Assembly: GCA_025594325.1 (NCBI GenBank)
Contig: JANHCV010000008.1
Coordinates: forward strand, 868,001 to 932,000
Source of the DNA: Blastocladiella emersonii ATCC 22665
Lineage: Eukaryota; Fungi; Blastocladiomycota
Length of the DNA stretch: 64,000 bases
Reading direction: 5' to 3'
The translations under genes and the position numbers were made by a program. Position 1 is the stretch's first letter. Each line of letters starts with the position of its first letter. Positions 12,193 to 23,399 of this stretch are shown here, piece after piece. The notes under the pieces were generated by a model, which was not told where the DNA came from, did not search any database, and saw only the letters and a list, made by a program, of their open reading frames with translations.

Positions 12193-12724
12193 TTGTGATA
12201 TATACTAGCGAGACGCCTCGCGCAGACCGCGAATACCGATCGAGCGGGACTACGATGGGGCTCCTTCCTTGAGGTCGCTCTTGATGCGTAACCTTGTGTC
12301 GCTCATCTGCACGTGAGGCTCCTGCGGCAGCCTCAGATTTCAGAGTACAGGCCCCGGACAACGGAAGCGGCTGTTTCATAGTGGATCATTGAGTAGCGAC
12401 GATTCGCGTTCAGGAGACGGAGTGGCGCAGCGCGTGGTTGAGCCACTCACATGACCGCGATAGAACGGGGGACGCGCATGGTTGGTCGCTGGCGGAAAGG
12501 CAGGTATCCGTCCTCCACGACCACGGCCGCTGTAGCGAAAAGTAAGAGCAGAATCTGCGTGGACCCTGGATCCCTGACGGTGACTCCCGAGAGGAGCAAA
12601 CCGACGCGCCAGGCTATTTCTAGGCACGCCTTGTGTGGCGGGGGCGGGGGTGGGGGGCGGCGCGCTTTCAACGCAAGGGTCTCCGACTCTCCACTTCACG
12701 CGATCATGAACCCACCATTCTACC

Positions 12725-14270
12725 ATGAAACCTTCACGTACTCCATGCAACGAGCAGCCCACATCGAATTCTGTTCCCAGGTCTGAGGCGGAAGTCGATC
12801 AAGGAGATGACGTTCTTACGCTGTTCCTCGCAACGCGCGATGTCCCGAAGAGCCGCGCCGACTACTTGCAACTTATGCAGGCGATGCTTCTCTGGACCAT
12901 GAATCTTCGATCGCAGCTCTTTCGCGTGACGCTTGAGTGTCGCACGCAGCAGCTACCGCCTGACCGGCAGCAGGCTACGATCTCGCGTGCGATTGAGTTG
13001 GTGGCTTCGATCAACGAGCTCGAGTCCCTGAGTGCGTCGCTTGTGCAGCAGCATGCGGCACTTCAGCACGTCGAATCGCCACCGCCCTCGTCGCCGCATG
13101 CGCAAGAACCTGATTGTTCCCACGACATCACCCCGCCATCGGACCCGGAGCCCCTGGCGCCTGCACCACCCGCATCAGCGCCGCCGCCCGCGCCAGTACC
13201 ACCTCGATCGGCGCCAGTATCTAACCACCCGCGGCCTTCCTACGACACGTCGAGCTTCTTCCTGGTCCGCAAAAAGGCACCGCTGTTCGCCATCTACGGT
13301 CCTCCGCAGCTGCGCGTGGCTCGAACTGCGGCCGAATTTCTCCAGGCCCTGCGCGCGCTGACGCCCACCCTCCCGCTCGTGCGAGCGCTGTACGTGGCGC
13401 GGTCCAACGTGCCCAAGCCTCTCTACCACATCTACGCTCATGTTGCGCGAAACGGCATCCGATTCCGAGGCCCGCCGCGTGTTCCTGAACGCGGCCGACC
13501 CGAACTGGAACTGCAACTGGGTCCGGCGGTTTCACGCGCTCGATCCGCGGCCGGGCAGCACTGTCGGCGACTACTTTGCCGAGTTCCGCGCGCTCGTCGC
13601 CGAGGTCGTTGATATCGACGATCCCATGATTGCCAGCGAGCGGCAGGTCAAGTACGTGTTCTCGAACAAGCTGTTCAAGGCATTCGGCAGCGCGTCGGAC
13701 CCGATTTACGAGATGGTGTGCGATCCGTCCAAGACCGTGGCCGTCATGGCCGCCGAGTTCGCGTCGCTCCCGATTCCTGGCTCGACTGAGGCCAAGCGCG
13801 CGTCTGCGCCAGCGCCCTCGGTCCCTGAAGCGGTCAGCCACGAGGAAGCTGCCCGGCCCACAAGTCCCTGTGCGTTCTGCTCTGCAACTTGCAGTACAGC
13901 TTTCAGTGCCAAAACCCATTCTACCCACACGTGTCCCCAGCTTTCCCGCGTCAACCAGCTCGCACGGACGCTTGCGAACGGGATCCACCTCGCGCAGGCC
14001 TCTGTCCCGCTCGATCTCTGGCACGGACGGATCGCCTCGACTCGCGAGTTCATTGAGGCGATGCAGAATGTTCGCTGGAACGTTGGCAACTACGAGGCCC
14101 GGATAGCTGGCCCCGAGGACAGAGACGCGCTAGTCCGGTGCGGGGATGTCATGAAGGCGCTCCTCGCGCTGCCCTTTCACAACGACCCATGGTCGCTCAG
14201 AGCGATCAAGGCAATCTGGCTTGAGGCGCACTCTGTATCGCTGTCGCGCGGTTGGCTACGCGGCGAGTAG
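12725..14270 (+). pseudogene. Gag-derived member 5, frameshift near 13440
   Basis: MKPSRTPCN...MLLWTMNLRSQLFR...NVPKPLYHIYA, frame change, then MLRETASDSEARRVFLNAADPNWN...CAFC-x12-H-x4-C. Confidence 0.8.
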
Positions 14271-14496
14271 TGCCTCTTGTAACATGAAAACATATTTAAT
14301 AAACTCAAAACCCTGTATTAAACGCCTCTTCAATTTGCTTGCTCTCCGACTTGACGAGCTGAAACAGTGTGGCGATTTCCGCGCCGCTCATGCCTTCGAG
14401 ACCCGTACGCGGCAGCGTGGCGCAACGCGTTCCCACGAGTAGCCTCTGCCGCGCAACCGCCGCTCCCGGCTCCATGAACCTGTCTCGCCCGCTTCT

Positions 14497-14967
14497 ATGA
14501 ATACGCCGAGTGCTACTCCATGCAATCGATTTCTTGCTCTACCTCCGTGGGATTCCGGCCCCGACCTCGCGCATACCGTCGCAGCGCTCGATCGCGCCGT
14601 GGCGGCGGCCAGCCTCGAGACCGCGTCCGGCCGCGACCTTGCTGTTCTCGAGCAAGGCGCGCTATGCAAACTTGTCTCTTGCCGTCGCGACTTGCTTCTG
14701 GCTGCCTTGCGCGTGCGAGTGGAGCCTGGTGGGCCCGTTTCGGCGGAGCCCATTGTCGCGGCGTCGCTTGCGCTGTCCGAGGCCCAGCCAACGCACGCGT
14801 CGATCTCGAAGCTTACTGCTTCTGTGTCAATCATCAATGTTCCGCTCAGCCCAGCAGCGACACCCAAGCTATTGCTCGAGCAGGATCAATCGCTGCATTC
14901 CGTGAAGAGCACCGCGGGGGGAAGCACGGCGCTGGTGGTGTCGAGCCCACACGATTCCCGAGACAAA
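14497..14967 (+). pseudogene. Gag-derived member 6, 5' fragment (sister of 47118)
   Basis: MNTPSATPCNRFLAL...LETASGRDLAVLEQGALCKLVSCRRDLLLAALRVRV matches the 47118 N-terminus; similarity ends at a 24-bp repeat. Confidence 0.75.
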
Positions 14968-15090
14968 TGTATGATCCGGAAACGTGAGCTTTATTCGGGA
15001 GAATGATGGGGGACAAGATGGAGAGGAAACAAGAGGGAAAAGGAGGGTGAGGAGGCCGCACACACCTGTATGATCCGGAAACGTGAGCTT
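14968..15090 (+). repeat. 24-bp perfect direct repeat around a purine-rich spacer
   Basis: tgtatgatccggaaacgtgagctt at 14968-14991 and 15067-15090. Confidence 0.9.
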
Positions 15091-15434
15091 AAAAGGATGG
15101 CCCAATGCGCGAGATGTAGGCGGTCGTCGCGACGATGGTGGTGCGCGACGAGTAGGTTTCTTTTGGCTTTTGATGCGCCCGAATGGAGCACGGGGATATA
15201 CTTTGATTCATGACGTTCAAAAAGGTCGGGTCGCGCCACAACACGTGCGCGCTGAGGTGGTACATTTCTCGAACTAGCCCCGAGAAAGAATGGAGCGGCG
15301 GTGCGGTGGGAAGAAGGGGACGCGGTGGTCACGTCCGCGTGACGCGCCACAACGCCGAACTACCGAGCCCCGGCTCTCCCACTCTCTCATCCCTCACCCG
15401 GCCCTGTACGAACTCCCATGTAACTTGATGCAAC

Positions 15435-17423
15435 ATGAAGCTTGCTGCATTTGGACACGATCTTCATGCTTCCGCGGGCTCAACCACCAGCTCGGCCTCG
15501 AACAAAAATCGCTCACCCGACGAGCACGGGGACTTGGTTGACGCCGAGCCCGCCGCCTTGCTCAAGGCCATGAACTTACGAATGGAGATGATACGCCTCG
15601 CAGCTGCTTCACGTTCCTCGCCCGTTGCTGGGCACCCCGACTCGGATGGGCAATCGGGCCCGCTCTCGCGTTCTCGCCGCATGACTTCGCCTCCCCGGGT
15701 CCACCCAAGCCCGCACCTTTCGCCTGCGCTACGCGATCAAAGTCCTCCTTCGTGCGACCTCGCTGCCCGCGTGGACCGCGACGCGCCACACTTCCAGCGC
15801 ATGGGTTCAGACGAGCCTCTCGCGCGCGTCCGGCGAAGCCCGACGCTGTTTCTCGAGCGCCTGCGCGCAGTTGCGTCAGACGCACCGCTCGCCCAGATCC
15901 TCCTCGCGGCGCGGTCCCGCCTTCCACCCGACCTGTACACGGTCCTCGTTGCGCTTCTGCGCCCCACCTTGTCCGACACCGAGGCCGAGCACGCGTTCCA
16001 CTGCGCTGCGCTTCCTAACTGGAATTACCGGTGGGTCCGCAGGTGGCTCGCGTTCGGGCCGCGGATGCGCAGCACGATTGGCGCATTTTACGAAGAGTTT
16101 TGCACGCTGCTTGGCTGCGTAACGCAGGTCACGCGCACGGTTGAGCGCGAGTTCCACGTCAAGGAATTGTTTTTGCAGCGGATCGAAAGTCACCTTGCTT
16201 GGAATCCTGAGTCTGTGCGCCGGATTGTGCTTGACCCGAACGGGTCGCTGGGCGATATCGCCGTTGAGTACAACCGGATCCTGCACGCCGAGCGGACGGG
16301 GTTGACGGCAGTCAGCCTGCGCGCAGAGTCCAAGACCCGAACTCGAGCCCCTCTACCTGCACCGCGAAACCGTTCGCGTTCACGATCCCACTCGCACTCA
16401 AGATCTCGCCCACATCAGGGTTTGCGCACGCGTACTCGGTCTCGCTCGCGATCACTTTCGCGAAACCGTTCGCGTTCACCGACCCGCTCGCGCTCGAGGT
16501 CTCGCTCGCGAACAGTTTCACGGACGCCGCCTACGCCGCGAAACCGTTCGCGTTCACGATCCCACTCACACTCCAGATCTCGCCCACATCAGGGTTCGCG
16601 CACGCGCGCCTGGTCTCTCTCGCGATTACTTCCCCGAAACCGTTCGCGTTCACCGACCCGCTCTCGCTCGAGGTCTCGCTCGCGAACAGTTTCACGGACG
16701 CCGCCTACGCCGCGAAACCTTTCGCGTTCACGATCCCACTCGCACTCAAGATCTCGCTCGCATCGGGGTTTGCGCACGCGTACTCGGTCTCGCTCGCGAT
16801 CACATTCGCGAAACCGTTCGCGTTCACGGACCCGTTCGCGCTCGAGGGCTCGCTCGCGTCAGGTTTTGCGCACGCGCGCCCGGCCGCGCTCGCGGTCAAT
16901 CTCTAGAACACCTTCACGCACACCGGCTAGATTGCGCCCAAGAGCGCGATCAATCTCGCGCGCACGCGCCCGGTCGCGGTCACGCTCCCGCTCTCCTGTC
17001 CGCTGCGAGCCCCGATCCTGTCGGCTGTGCATTGACCTGAACATGAAACTCCTGCCGCGGGGCACCACCAGCCAGCTCCGCTCGCTCGGTGCGCACCCGA
17101 CCAACCACCCGACCACATCGTGCCCGCTTCTGGACCGCCCGTACATTCTTGCTCGGCAGTTTGTTTCGGCGGCGCGCTTGCTTGGGTTTGGCGATCCCGT
17201 ACCGCCTCCGCCGGACGCGGACGCGGAACTGCTAGACAAGGTGACGTGCGAGTGGATGTGGAAGCTCCGCAGGGCGCCGATCCCGCCCCGGACGGCGCTG
17301 GGCGACGCGCTGGAGCTCACGTGGTGCCGCAGCATGGTCGGTGTCCTCTTCACGGTCCAGCAGCCGCGGCGGGCGCAGGTCCTGCGTGATCTATGGGGCG
17401 AGGTCGCGAGGCGTGTCAAGTAG
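15435..17423 (+). CDS. Gag-derived member 7 (intact, long RS tract)
   Basis: LLKAMNLRMEMIR; core; about 200-aa RS region; CRLC-x25-H-x4-C; tail WCRSMV. Confidence 0.85.
   Translation: MKLAAFGHDLHASAGSTTSSASNKNRSPDEHGDLVDAEPAALLKAMNLRMEMIRLAAASRSSPVAGHPDSDGQSGPLSRSRRMTSPPRVHPSPHLSPALRDQSPPSCDLAARVDRDAPHFQRMGSDEPLARVRRSPTLFLERLRAVASDAPLAQILLAARSRLPPDLYTVLVALLRPTLSDTEAEHAFHCAALPNWNYRWVRRWLAFGPRMRSTIGAFYEEFCTLLGCVTQVTRTVEREFHVKELFLQRIESHLAWNPESVRRIVLDPNGSLGDIAVEYNRILHAERTGLTAVSLRAESKTRTRAPLPAPRNRSRSRSHSHSRSRPHQGLRTRTRSRSRSLSRNRSRSPTRSRSRSRSRTVSRTPPTPRNRSRSRSHSHSRSRPHQGSRTRAWSLSRLLPRNRSRSPTRSRSRSRSRTVSRTPPTPRNLSRSRSHSHSRSRSHRGLRTRTRSRSRSHSRNRSRSRTRSRSRARSRQVLRTRARPRSRSISRTPSRTPARLRPRARSISRARARSRSRSRSPVRCEPRSCRLCIDLNMKLLPRGTTSQLRSLGAHPTNHPTTSCPLLDRPYILARQFVSAARLLGFGDPVPPPPDADAELLDKVTCEWMWKLRRAPIPPRTALGDALELTWCRSMVGVLFTVQQPRRAQVLRDLWGEVARRVK
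16363..16880 (+). repeat. Three 174-bp (58-codon) RS-coding units
   Basis: Unit start cgcgaaacc at 16363, 16537 and 16711; frame preserved. Confidence 0.85.
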
Positions 17424-17879
17424 GTGGCTGCGCCAAGTTCGTTGCGCTCTCTGATAAGGATGTAATTGAAGTTTTTATTTGAGCCGTGACCGCGGCGGAG
17501 CCATGCGAGGAAAGTATGGAGCCAATCGAAGATAGTTGCTCGTGAGTTGCTCACCGCCTTGGTATCCACCGAGATTCCGGGGTCGCGGAAAGCTGTCACC
17601 GATGCACGGGTCCGTAGACTCACGCGGTCGCGCAGAAACGTGGTCGAGGTTGAACGTTTGGGGTTCTCGAAACTGCACGCGACGTCCGAGCAGCATTGCG
17701 GTTGAGAGTCGTCCAGCATCATCATACACTCATCATTCTTGTGCGTGACCCGACGCGGAGGCATCATGTCGCGACGCGGCGGTCACGTCCGCGTGACGCG
17801 TGAAGCGTGACGCGAACCTGAGACCAGGGGTTCTGGTGAGACGCCCAGCCGCTTCAGCTCGCCCTCTCCCCACCTCGCC

Positions 17880-19448
17880 ATGATCGGAACGAAAGACTAT
17901 GTAACTCTATGCAAAATGCAACTTGCTGCATCTGGATGCAATCTTTATGCTTCCACATCTGGATGCAATCTTTATGCTTCCACCCACACGGCCGTCGAGT
18001 TGACTTTGAACGAAAGTTCCGACATGGGCAGCGACTTGGTCGACGCTGAGCGCGCCACCTTGCTCGAGACCATGAACATGCGAATGCAGTTGATTCGCGT
18101 TGCGCTTGCATCGCGCTGCTCGGGCTTTGCAAACTCACCAGAATCGACCCACGCGCAACTCGGGGCACCTAGAGACAAATCGCACCGGCGTCAACGCACG
18201 CCATCGAGTCGCGACCGCTCTGCTTCGCTCCCTGGAAACCAATCCAGCCCACAACCATCCCATGCGCTGCCTCGCCTGCCTTCCTGTGAACTTGCAACCT
18301 GTGTGGACCGGGGCGCGCCGCACTTCCAGCCTCTTGGTCGAGAAGAGCCTCTGTCGCGCGTAAGACGGAACGCGACTTCGTTTCTCAAGCACCTACGCAC
18401 TTTGGCCCCCGATACGGCCTTGGCGCCTCACATCCTCGCCGCGCGGTCCCGCTTGCCGCCGGACCTGTACGCGGTCTGCGTCGCGCTGCTCCGCCCGTCA
18501 ATGTCCGACACCGAGGCCGAGCACGCGTTTATGCGCGCGGTGCTACCCGATTGGAACCGCCGGTGGGTCCGCGAGTGGCTCGCGCTCGCACCGCAGTCGC
18601 GCGCCGCGATCGGCACCTTCTACGCCGAGTTCCGCATGAAGCTCGCTCAGGTAACTTCCATTACGGCCGAGGTCGAGCGCGAGCTTCACCTCAAGCTGCT
18701 GTTCGTGCAGCGAATCGAGGACCGACTCGCGTGGACCGCCGAGTCGGTGCGCCAAATCGTGGATGACCCGCACGGGTCGGTGAGCGATATTGCCTTCGAG
18801 TACAGCCGGATTCTGCGCGCGGAGCGCGGCGTGGCTATGAGAATTTCGACAGTCGTCACTTGCGCCCCGACGGCCCCGCGAACTTTGGCTCCGGCGCATA
18901 CAATGCGGACTCGATCGCGTTCAAACTCGAAGGCAAGTTTGCAAACTCGAGCCAGGTCACACTCTCGCTCGAAGTCGAGGGCACGTTCGCGCTCCCGACC
19001 GCGTTCTCAATCCCCTGCGCGCCGCGTGCTCCAACATTGCCTGCTGTGCGACGACCCGGACATTGACCCCCTGCCAAGCGACTGCGACGGGTCCGGCCAG
19101 TTTTGGAAGCGCCCCGGTGACCATTCGACCAAGACCTGCCCGCGCCTTGACCGACCCCGCGATCTCGCTGGGACATTCGTGGCTGCAGCGCGCGCGTTTG
19201 ATCTCGGCGATCCCGTGGCCCCACCGCCTAGCGCTGACGCCGAGGTCCTGAACAAGGCGATGGACGAGTGGAAGTGGAAACTTGTCAGGGCGCGGATCCC
19301 GCCCGGTACGACGTCAAGCAATGCGCAGAAGCTTAAGTGGTGCCGCAGCATGGTCAAGGTGCTGCTCGCGATCCACCAGCCGCGTCGGATGCAGGTCTTG
19401 CGCGACGTGTGGGACGAGGTCGCGTGGCGGGTTGGGCGGGGGGTATAG
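17880..19448 (+). CDS. Gag-derived member 8 (intact; sister of member 7)
   Basis: LLETMNMRMQLIRVAL; core; RS linker; CLLC-x24-H-x4-C; in-frame 27-bp duplication at 17929-17982. Confidence 0.85.
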   Translation: MIGTKDYVTLCKMQLAASGCNLYASTSGCNLYASTHTAVELTLNESSDMGSDLVDAERATLLETMNMRMQLIRVALASRCSGFANSPESTHAQLGAPRDKSHRRQRTPSSRDRSASLPGNQSSPQPSHALPRLPSCELATCVDRGAPHFQPLGREEPLSRVRRNATSFLKHLRTLAPDTALAPHILAARSRLPPDLYAVCVALLRPSMSDTEAEHAFMRAVLPDWNRRWVREWLALAPQSRAAIGTFYAEFRMKLAQVTSITAEVERELHLKLLFVQRIEDRLAWTAESVRQIVDDPHGSVSDIAFEYSRILRAERGVAMRISTVVTCAPTAPRTLAPAHTMRTRSRSNSKASLQTRARSHSRSKSRARSRSRPRSQSPARRVLQHCLLCDDPDIDPLPSDCDGSGQFWKRPGDHSTKTCPRLDRPRDLAGTFVAAARAFDLGDPVAPPPSADAEVLNKAMDEWKWKLVRARIPPGTTSSNAQKLKWCRSMVKVLLAIHQPRRMQVLRDVWDEVAWRVGRGV

Positions 19449-19687
19449 GGGGTTTGGGCAGGTTCAAAGCTCGCGAGTTGGGCTGCCACTAAAGCCATGC
19501 ATTGACTCGTCTTCTGATTTATACAACTTCACTTCTTGCTCGGTGACTTGGTTGTGACGCGACGCGACGCGACGCGACGAAGTGCGAGACAAACGCGGCG
19601 GCCGTCACGTGCGTGTTTGGAGACAGTTTGAAGCAAGCCTTTGAGGACCACCACCCCCGCTCCCTCGCAGACATTGAATGAAACCGG

Positions 19688-21199
19688 ATGAATGATACGG
19701 ATTGCGAGACTTGCTGCATTTGCCCTGCCCAGGTTTGCTCAGTACACGCGCGCAGTTCGCGTGTTGCGGCGATGGACCACGCACATGTGCAGCGGGAGCA
19801 GCGTGCACTCCTCGAGGTGATGTACTGTCGTATCGAGCTGATCCATGCTTCACTTCGTGCTCGTCTTGCGCCCTTGGACCCGGTCCAGTCCGAGCGCGCC
19901 GCGCACTTGGCAACTGAGTTGTTCGCTGCCGAAGCGGCACTTGAGCAAGTTCGCGCTGCTGCTACGGCTCAACCGCTGAACGACGACTGCGCCTCCCCCG
20001 CTGCCGTGCCTCAACGTGCTTCACCGTTGGAACGACGCGACCTTGCCACCGTCGTTAAAAATGCCGATATTCGCTTCCCACAATCGTGCGATTCGTTTTC
20101 AGAGGATTCCGGCTCTGAGATTGAGCACCTGCTCGCCGCTCTGACCCGTGCCGGTGTACCATCGGGCCGGCTCGCCGAAGCCCTGCTCCTGACCCGACCG
20201 CACCTCCCTGACGCCATCTTCCGCGCGTTTGCCATCACGCTGCGCCCGACCTTGTCCGACACAAACGCACGCGAATCAGTGCGTGGCCCGTTCCAACCTC
20301 AGCGGCCCGCTTGGCTTACGCGGTGGCTTGACTTCCGCGCAGACGGCAGCATGCACCAAGAGGAAGTCCTGCGCGCAGCGCAGTCAATCGTACGCGACGC
20401 AAACGGGCGGCAGCAAGAGGGTGCGCGGCTTGCGCATGTCAAGGAGCTTTTCGTCGAGCGGTTTGCTGACGTGGATCGCGCTGACGTGTTGGACCTGGTC
20501 GCCGATCCAGCGCGGACGCTCGAGGACGTGTTGCTGGCATGCTTTCGCGTTGCTTGGCGGAGCGACACGGTTACGACGCGCCATGCTGACGAGGCATTCC
20601 CCGAACCAGCTCCGCGGCGCAGCGCGAGACGGAGGGACCGCACCTCGCCACCGCAGCCGGTCGCTGTTTCCGCCGCAGCCGATTCGCAATCCTCGGCCAG
20701 CAACCTCGCATTCCAGCGCCGCTCCCCGCTCGCCGGCCTGACTTGCGTCTACTGCATCGCGTACATGACTGTGGCCCCGCTCCCGGATAGGCTACGGCTC
20801 ACTTTTCCGCACCGCGAAACGAAGTGCAACCGCATCACCCGCACGCACAACGTGGCCATCGTCATCTACCAAGCGCTGCGCTCGCTGCCTGCGGACCGGC
20901 GCTTCCGCTTCACGGCGCCGGCCCTGCGTGCCCCGCGGGCCGAGATCATGGCCCGGTTCAGCGAGCTCGAGGCGCATCTCGCGCGCGAGTCGACCACGCG
21001 CACGCAGTGGCTCGGGCACGCCGCCGTGGTCGCGATCGCGCGGCTCCCGCAGGATCGGCGCGCAGCGAACGCGGTCAGCGCCATGGTCGTGGTCGAGGGC
21101 ATGCTGCAGCTGTCTGACGAAACGTCGGTTGAAGAGGCGATCAAGCACGGAATGGGGTGGCTTGTGCGGCAGCGGGCGATAATGGGATATAGGAGATGA
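19688..21199 (+). CDS. Gag-derived member 9 (intact, divergent subfamily)
   Basis: LLEVMYCRIELIHASLRAR; GVPSGRLAEALL...LRPTLSD...PAWLTRWL...HVKELFVERF; CVYC-x18-H-x4-C. Confidence 0.8.
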   Translation: MNDTDCETCCICPAQVCSVHARSSRVAAMDHAHVQREQRALLEVMYCRIELIHASLRARLAPLDPVQSERAAHLATELFAAEAALEQVRAAATAQPLNDDCASPAAVPQRASPLERRDLATVVKNADIRFPQSCDSFSEDSGSEIEHLLAALTRAGVPSGRLAEALLLTRPHLPDAIFRAFAITLRPTLSDTNARESVRGPFQPQRPAWLTRWLDFRADGSMHQEEVLRAAQSIVRDANGRQQEGARLAHVKELFVERFADVDRADVLDLVADPARTLEDVLLACFRVAWRSDTVTTRHADEAFPEPAPRRSARRRDRTSPPQPVAVSAAADSQSSASNLAFQRRSPLAGLTCVYCIAYMTVAPLPDRLRLTFPHRETKCNRITRTHNVAIVIYQALRSLPADRRFRFTAPALRAPRAEIMARFSELEAHLARESTTRTQWLGHAAVVAIARLPQDRRAANAVSAMVVVEGMLQLSDETSVEEAIKHGMGWLVRQRAIMGYRR

Positions 21200-21500
21200 T
21201 TCGAACGCAGAGAGCATGGACGTTGCACATCCTGGCCTTCGTTCGCTCATAGTAAAGATATGCCCTTGACGCGCTGGCAAGGCGAAGACAAGAAGAGTAC
21301 GCCAATCGGCGGACGTGCGCCGCGCACGCCCACATCGCTCAACGAGCGCTAACAGAGCATGTACTTCGAGACATGGCGTGACCGGAGCCAGCGGATCCTC
21401 GCGTGGGCCTTGGTCATGCAGTCGGGCCGACCGGCAGCCTGAGCGGTCCCGGCGACGCGACAAGGCGAGACGCGACAAGGCGCGACGCGATGCGCCCGCG

Positions 21501-21588
21501 TCACATGACGCGTCGCGAGGCGGCGCTCCCTTCTCCTCTTCAACACCGTCACCTCCCATGTAACTGCGCATGAACACTCAATGCAACT
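21501..21588 (+). promoter_or_regulatory. Example family 5' module (E-box plus ATGYAACT)
   Basis: tcacatga 21501-08, atgtaact 21558-65, atgcaact 21581-88; similar modules occur at most members. Confidence 0.55.
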
Positions 21589-23399
21589 TATCCTCAAGTC
21601 AAACATCAACACTATGGACTGAGTCGTGTGAGCGCGTCGCGAACTTTGCTCGAACTCGACTGGTTCCAGCTGACGAACTCGGCAGGGAGCAACTGCTTGC
21701 GTCTCTCACGCTCTGTTGCATGGAATCTCGACTTGCACTGATCCGAGAGACCGTCTCGCGTCGGATTTATCCGTTTCCCTTCCCCCCAGTCAACACCAAG
21801 CTCAAACCTACTCCAGTCCCCCTTGATGAGCTCGAGAGACTTTGCGCACTTGTGGAAGCGCATCGGACCAACAACCCTGCACAAGACAAGCAGGGCGGGT
21901 ATTCGCCTTCAAAGCCGCCCTCAAACTATTGTAGCCCGCTTGAGCCGGGCACAAAATCGCATTCTCGTTCCCAACCTTCCCCGCGCTCCCGGTCCTCCCG
22001 GCGCTCCCGTTCTCCCTCTCACGTCTCTTCGGGACGCAGCCTTCGCTCGAAAGACGCGAATCGAAGTCGTGCAGATTCGCGAGACCGCTCTCGACGGCGT
22101 TCACGTTTGCACTCACGGAACCGCTCTCGACGGCGTTCACGTTCGCGCTCGCAAGACCGCTCTCAACGGCGCTCACGTTCGCAAAATGTGTCCCAGCTTC
22201 GCTCACGCTCGCGTTCGCGTTCGCGAACTCTGACACGGAGGCGTTCCCGGTCACGCTCGCGACGCCCCGCATCCCCTGTTCGACACAATCGGCCCCTCCC
22301 TACAGGTTCGACAGTGCCTCACCTTAACCACGGTCAGTTCCTCTGCCTGTTTCGCATGGTGCGTGAATCGGGCTTGCAGTTCAAGCGGCAACGGGGCTTA
22401 CAACATAAACGACGACTAGAAGACTCTTCTCGCGTCATGGCAGACGCCAACGACTTTCTCGCACGCTTGCGCGCTATTGCCCCTGGTGCGCCGCTGGCTC
22501 ATCTTCTCACAGTGGCGTTCCGATCGGTCCCTCGTGCAATCTTCCACATTTACGGCCTGTTTCTGCGCGACACCGCCTCGGATGCGGAAGCCACACGGAT
22601 CTTTCTCGACGCGGTCGACCCGCGAACGTACACTCCCTGGCTTCGCCAGTGGCTCGACTTCATGCCTGAGCCCCGCGAAACGGTTGCGTCGTACTACGCC
22701 AAGTTTCGTGCGCTGCTTGTCGAGGGTTTACGCTTTGATGAGGCTCTCGCGATAGACCGGAACATCAAGCAAATCTTCGCGGCCAAGCTTTACTTTGGAC
22801 TCGGATACAATCCAGACGAGCTGTTCGACGGCCTCCTGGGCGACCCGCGCAAGTCGGTTGCAGACATGGCCGCTGCAACCGGCGACCTCGTGTTCCCCTC
22901 GATACTGCTGAACCCGCTTCCGTCTTGCATCAAAACGACCGCATTCCGGGAACGGCAAGAGCCAGCGTCGCCGCTACTCCCGCAGGCACACACTTCATCT
23001 GGCGAATCGTGTACTTTCTGCAACTACCTTGGGGAACCGCTCGAGATCGCCAGGTTGCACGCCACCGAGGACTGCCTTTCGCTCAAGCACCCGCGCGTGC
23101 TCGCGCAGCTCCTGGTCACGGGTATGAGCAGCCTCGGGCGCCTCCCATCCTGGCTCTTGCGCGCGTCCATGGATGACGTTGAGCTCGAGCGTGCGATCCG
23201 CGACTGCTTTCACGTCCTGTCGCACACCCCGATCCCGAACTCGGCCGTACTCGTGCAACGGGAATCGGTTCTTTGCGCTCAGCGTGCCTTCTCGGCCGTC
23301 CTCGCGCTGCCGCCTGACCTCATGAAGCGCGCGCTGCGCAACATGTGGCCGTGTCTCCAAGCGATTCAGCCTCAGGCTCGTGTTCGTGTCAAGCAGTGA
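21570..23399 (+). CDS. Gag-derived member 10 (intact, RS repeats)
   Basis: LCCMESRLALIRETV; RS repeats at about 21960-22270; core; IKQIFAAKLYFGLGYNP; CTFC-x12-H-x4-C. Confidence 0.85.
   Translation: MNTQCNLSSSQTSTLWTESCERVANFARTRLVPADELGREQLLASLTLCCMESRLALIRETVSRRIYPFPFPPVNTKLKPTPVPLDELERLCALVEAHRTNNPAQDKQGGYSPSKPPSNYCSPLEPGTKSHSRSQPSPRSRSSRRSRSPSHVSSGRSLRSKDANRSRADSRDRSRRRSRLHSRNRSRRRSRSRSQDRSQRRSRSQNVSQLRSRSRSRSRTLTRRRSRSRSRRPASPVRHNRPLPTGSTVPHLNHGQFLCLFRMVRESGLQFKRQRGLQHKRRLEDSSRVMADANDFLARLRAIAPGAPLAHLLTVAFRSVPRAIFHIYGLFLRDTASDAEATRIFLDAVDPRTYTPWLRQWLDFMPEPRETVASYYAKFRALLVEGLRFDEALAIDRNIKQIFAAKLYFGLGYNPDELFDGLLGDPRKSVADMAAATGDLVFPSILLNPLPSCIKTTAFRERQEPASPLLPQAHTSSGESCTFCNYLGEPLEIARLHATEDCLSLKHPRVLAQLLVTGMSSLGRLPSWLLRASMDDVELERAIRDCFHVLSHTPIPNSAVLVQRESVLCAQRAFSAVLALPPDLMKRALRNMWPCLQAIQPQARVRVKQ

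Noticed and set aside
7369-15090. Direct repeats with spacers as CRISPR-like arrays
   Set aside because: Only two units each, eukaryotic context, no cas-like ORFs.
15435-23399. RS-rich ORFs as SR splicing factors
   Set aside because: No RRM (RNP1/RNP2) motifs; the RS tracts sit inside the Gag-like architecture.
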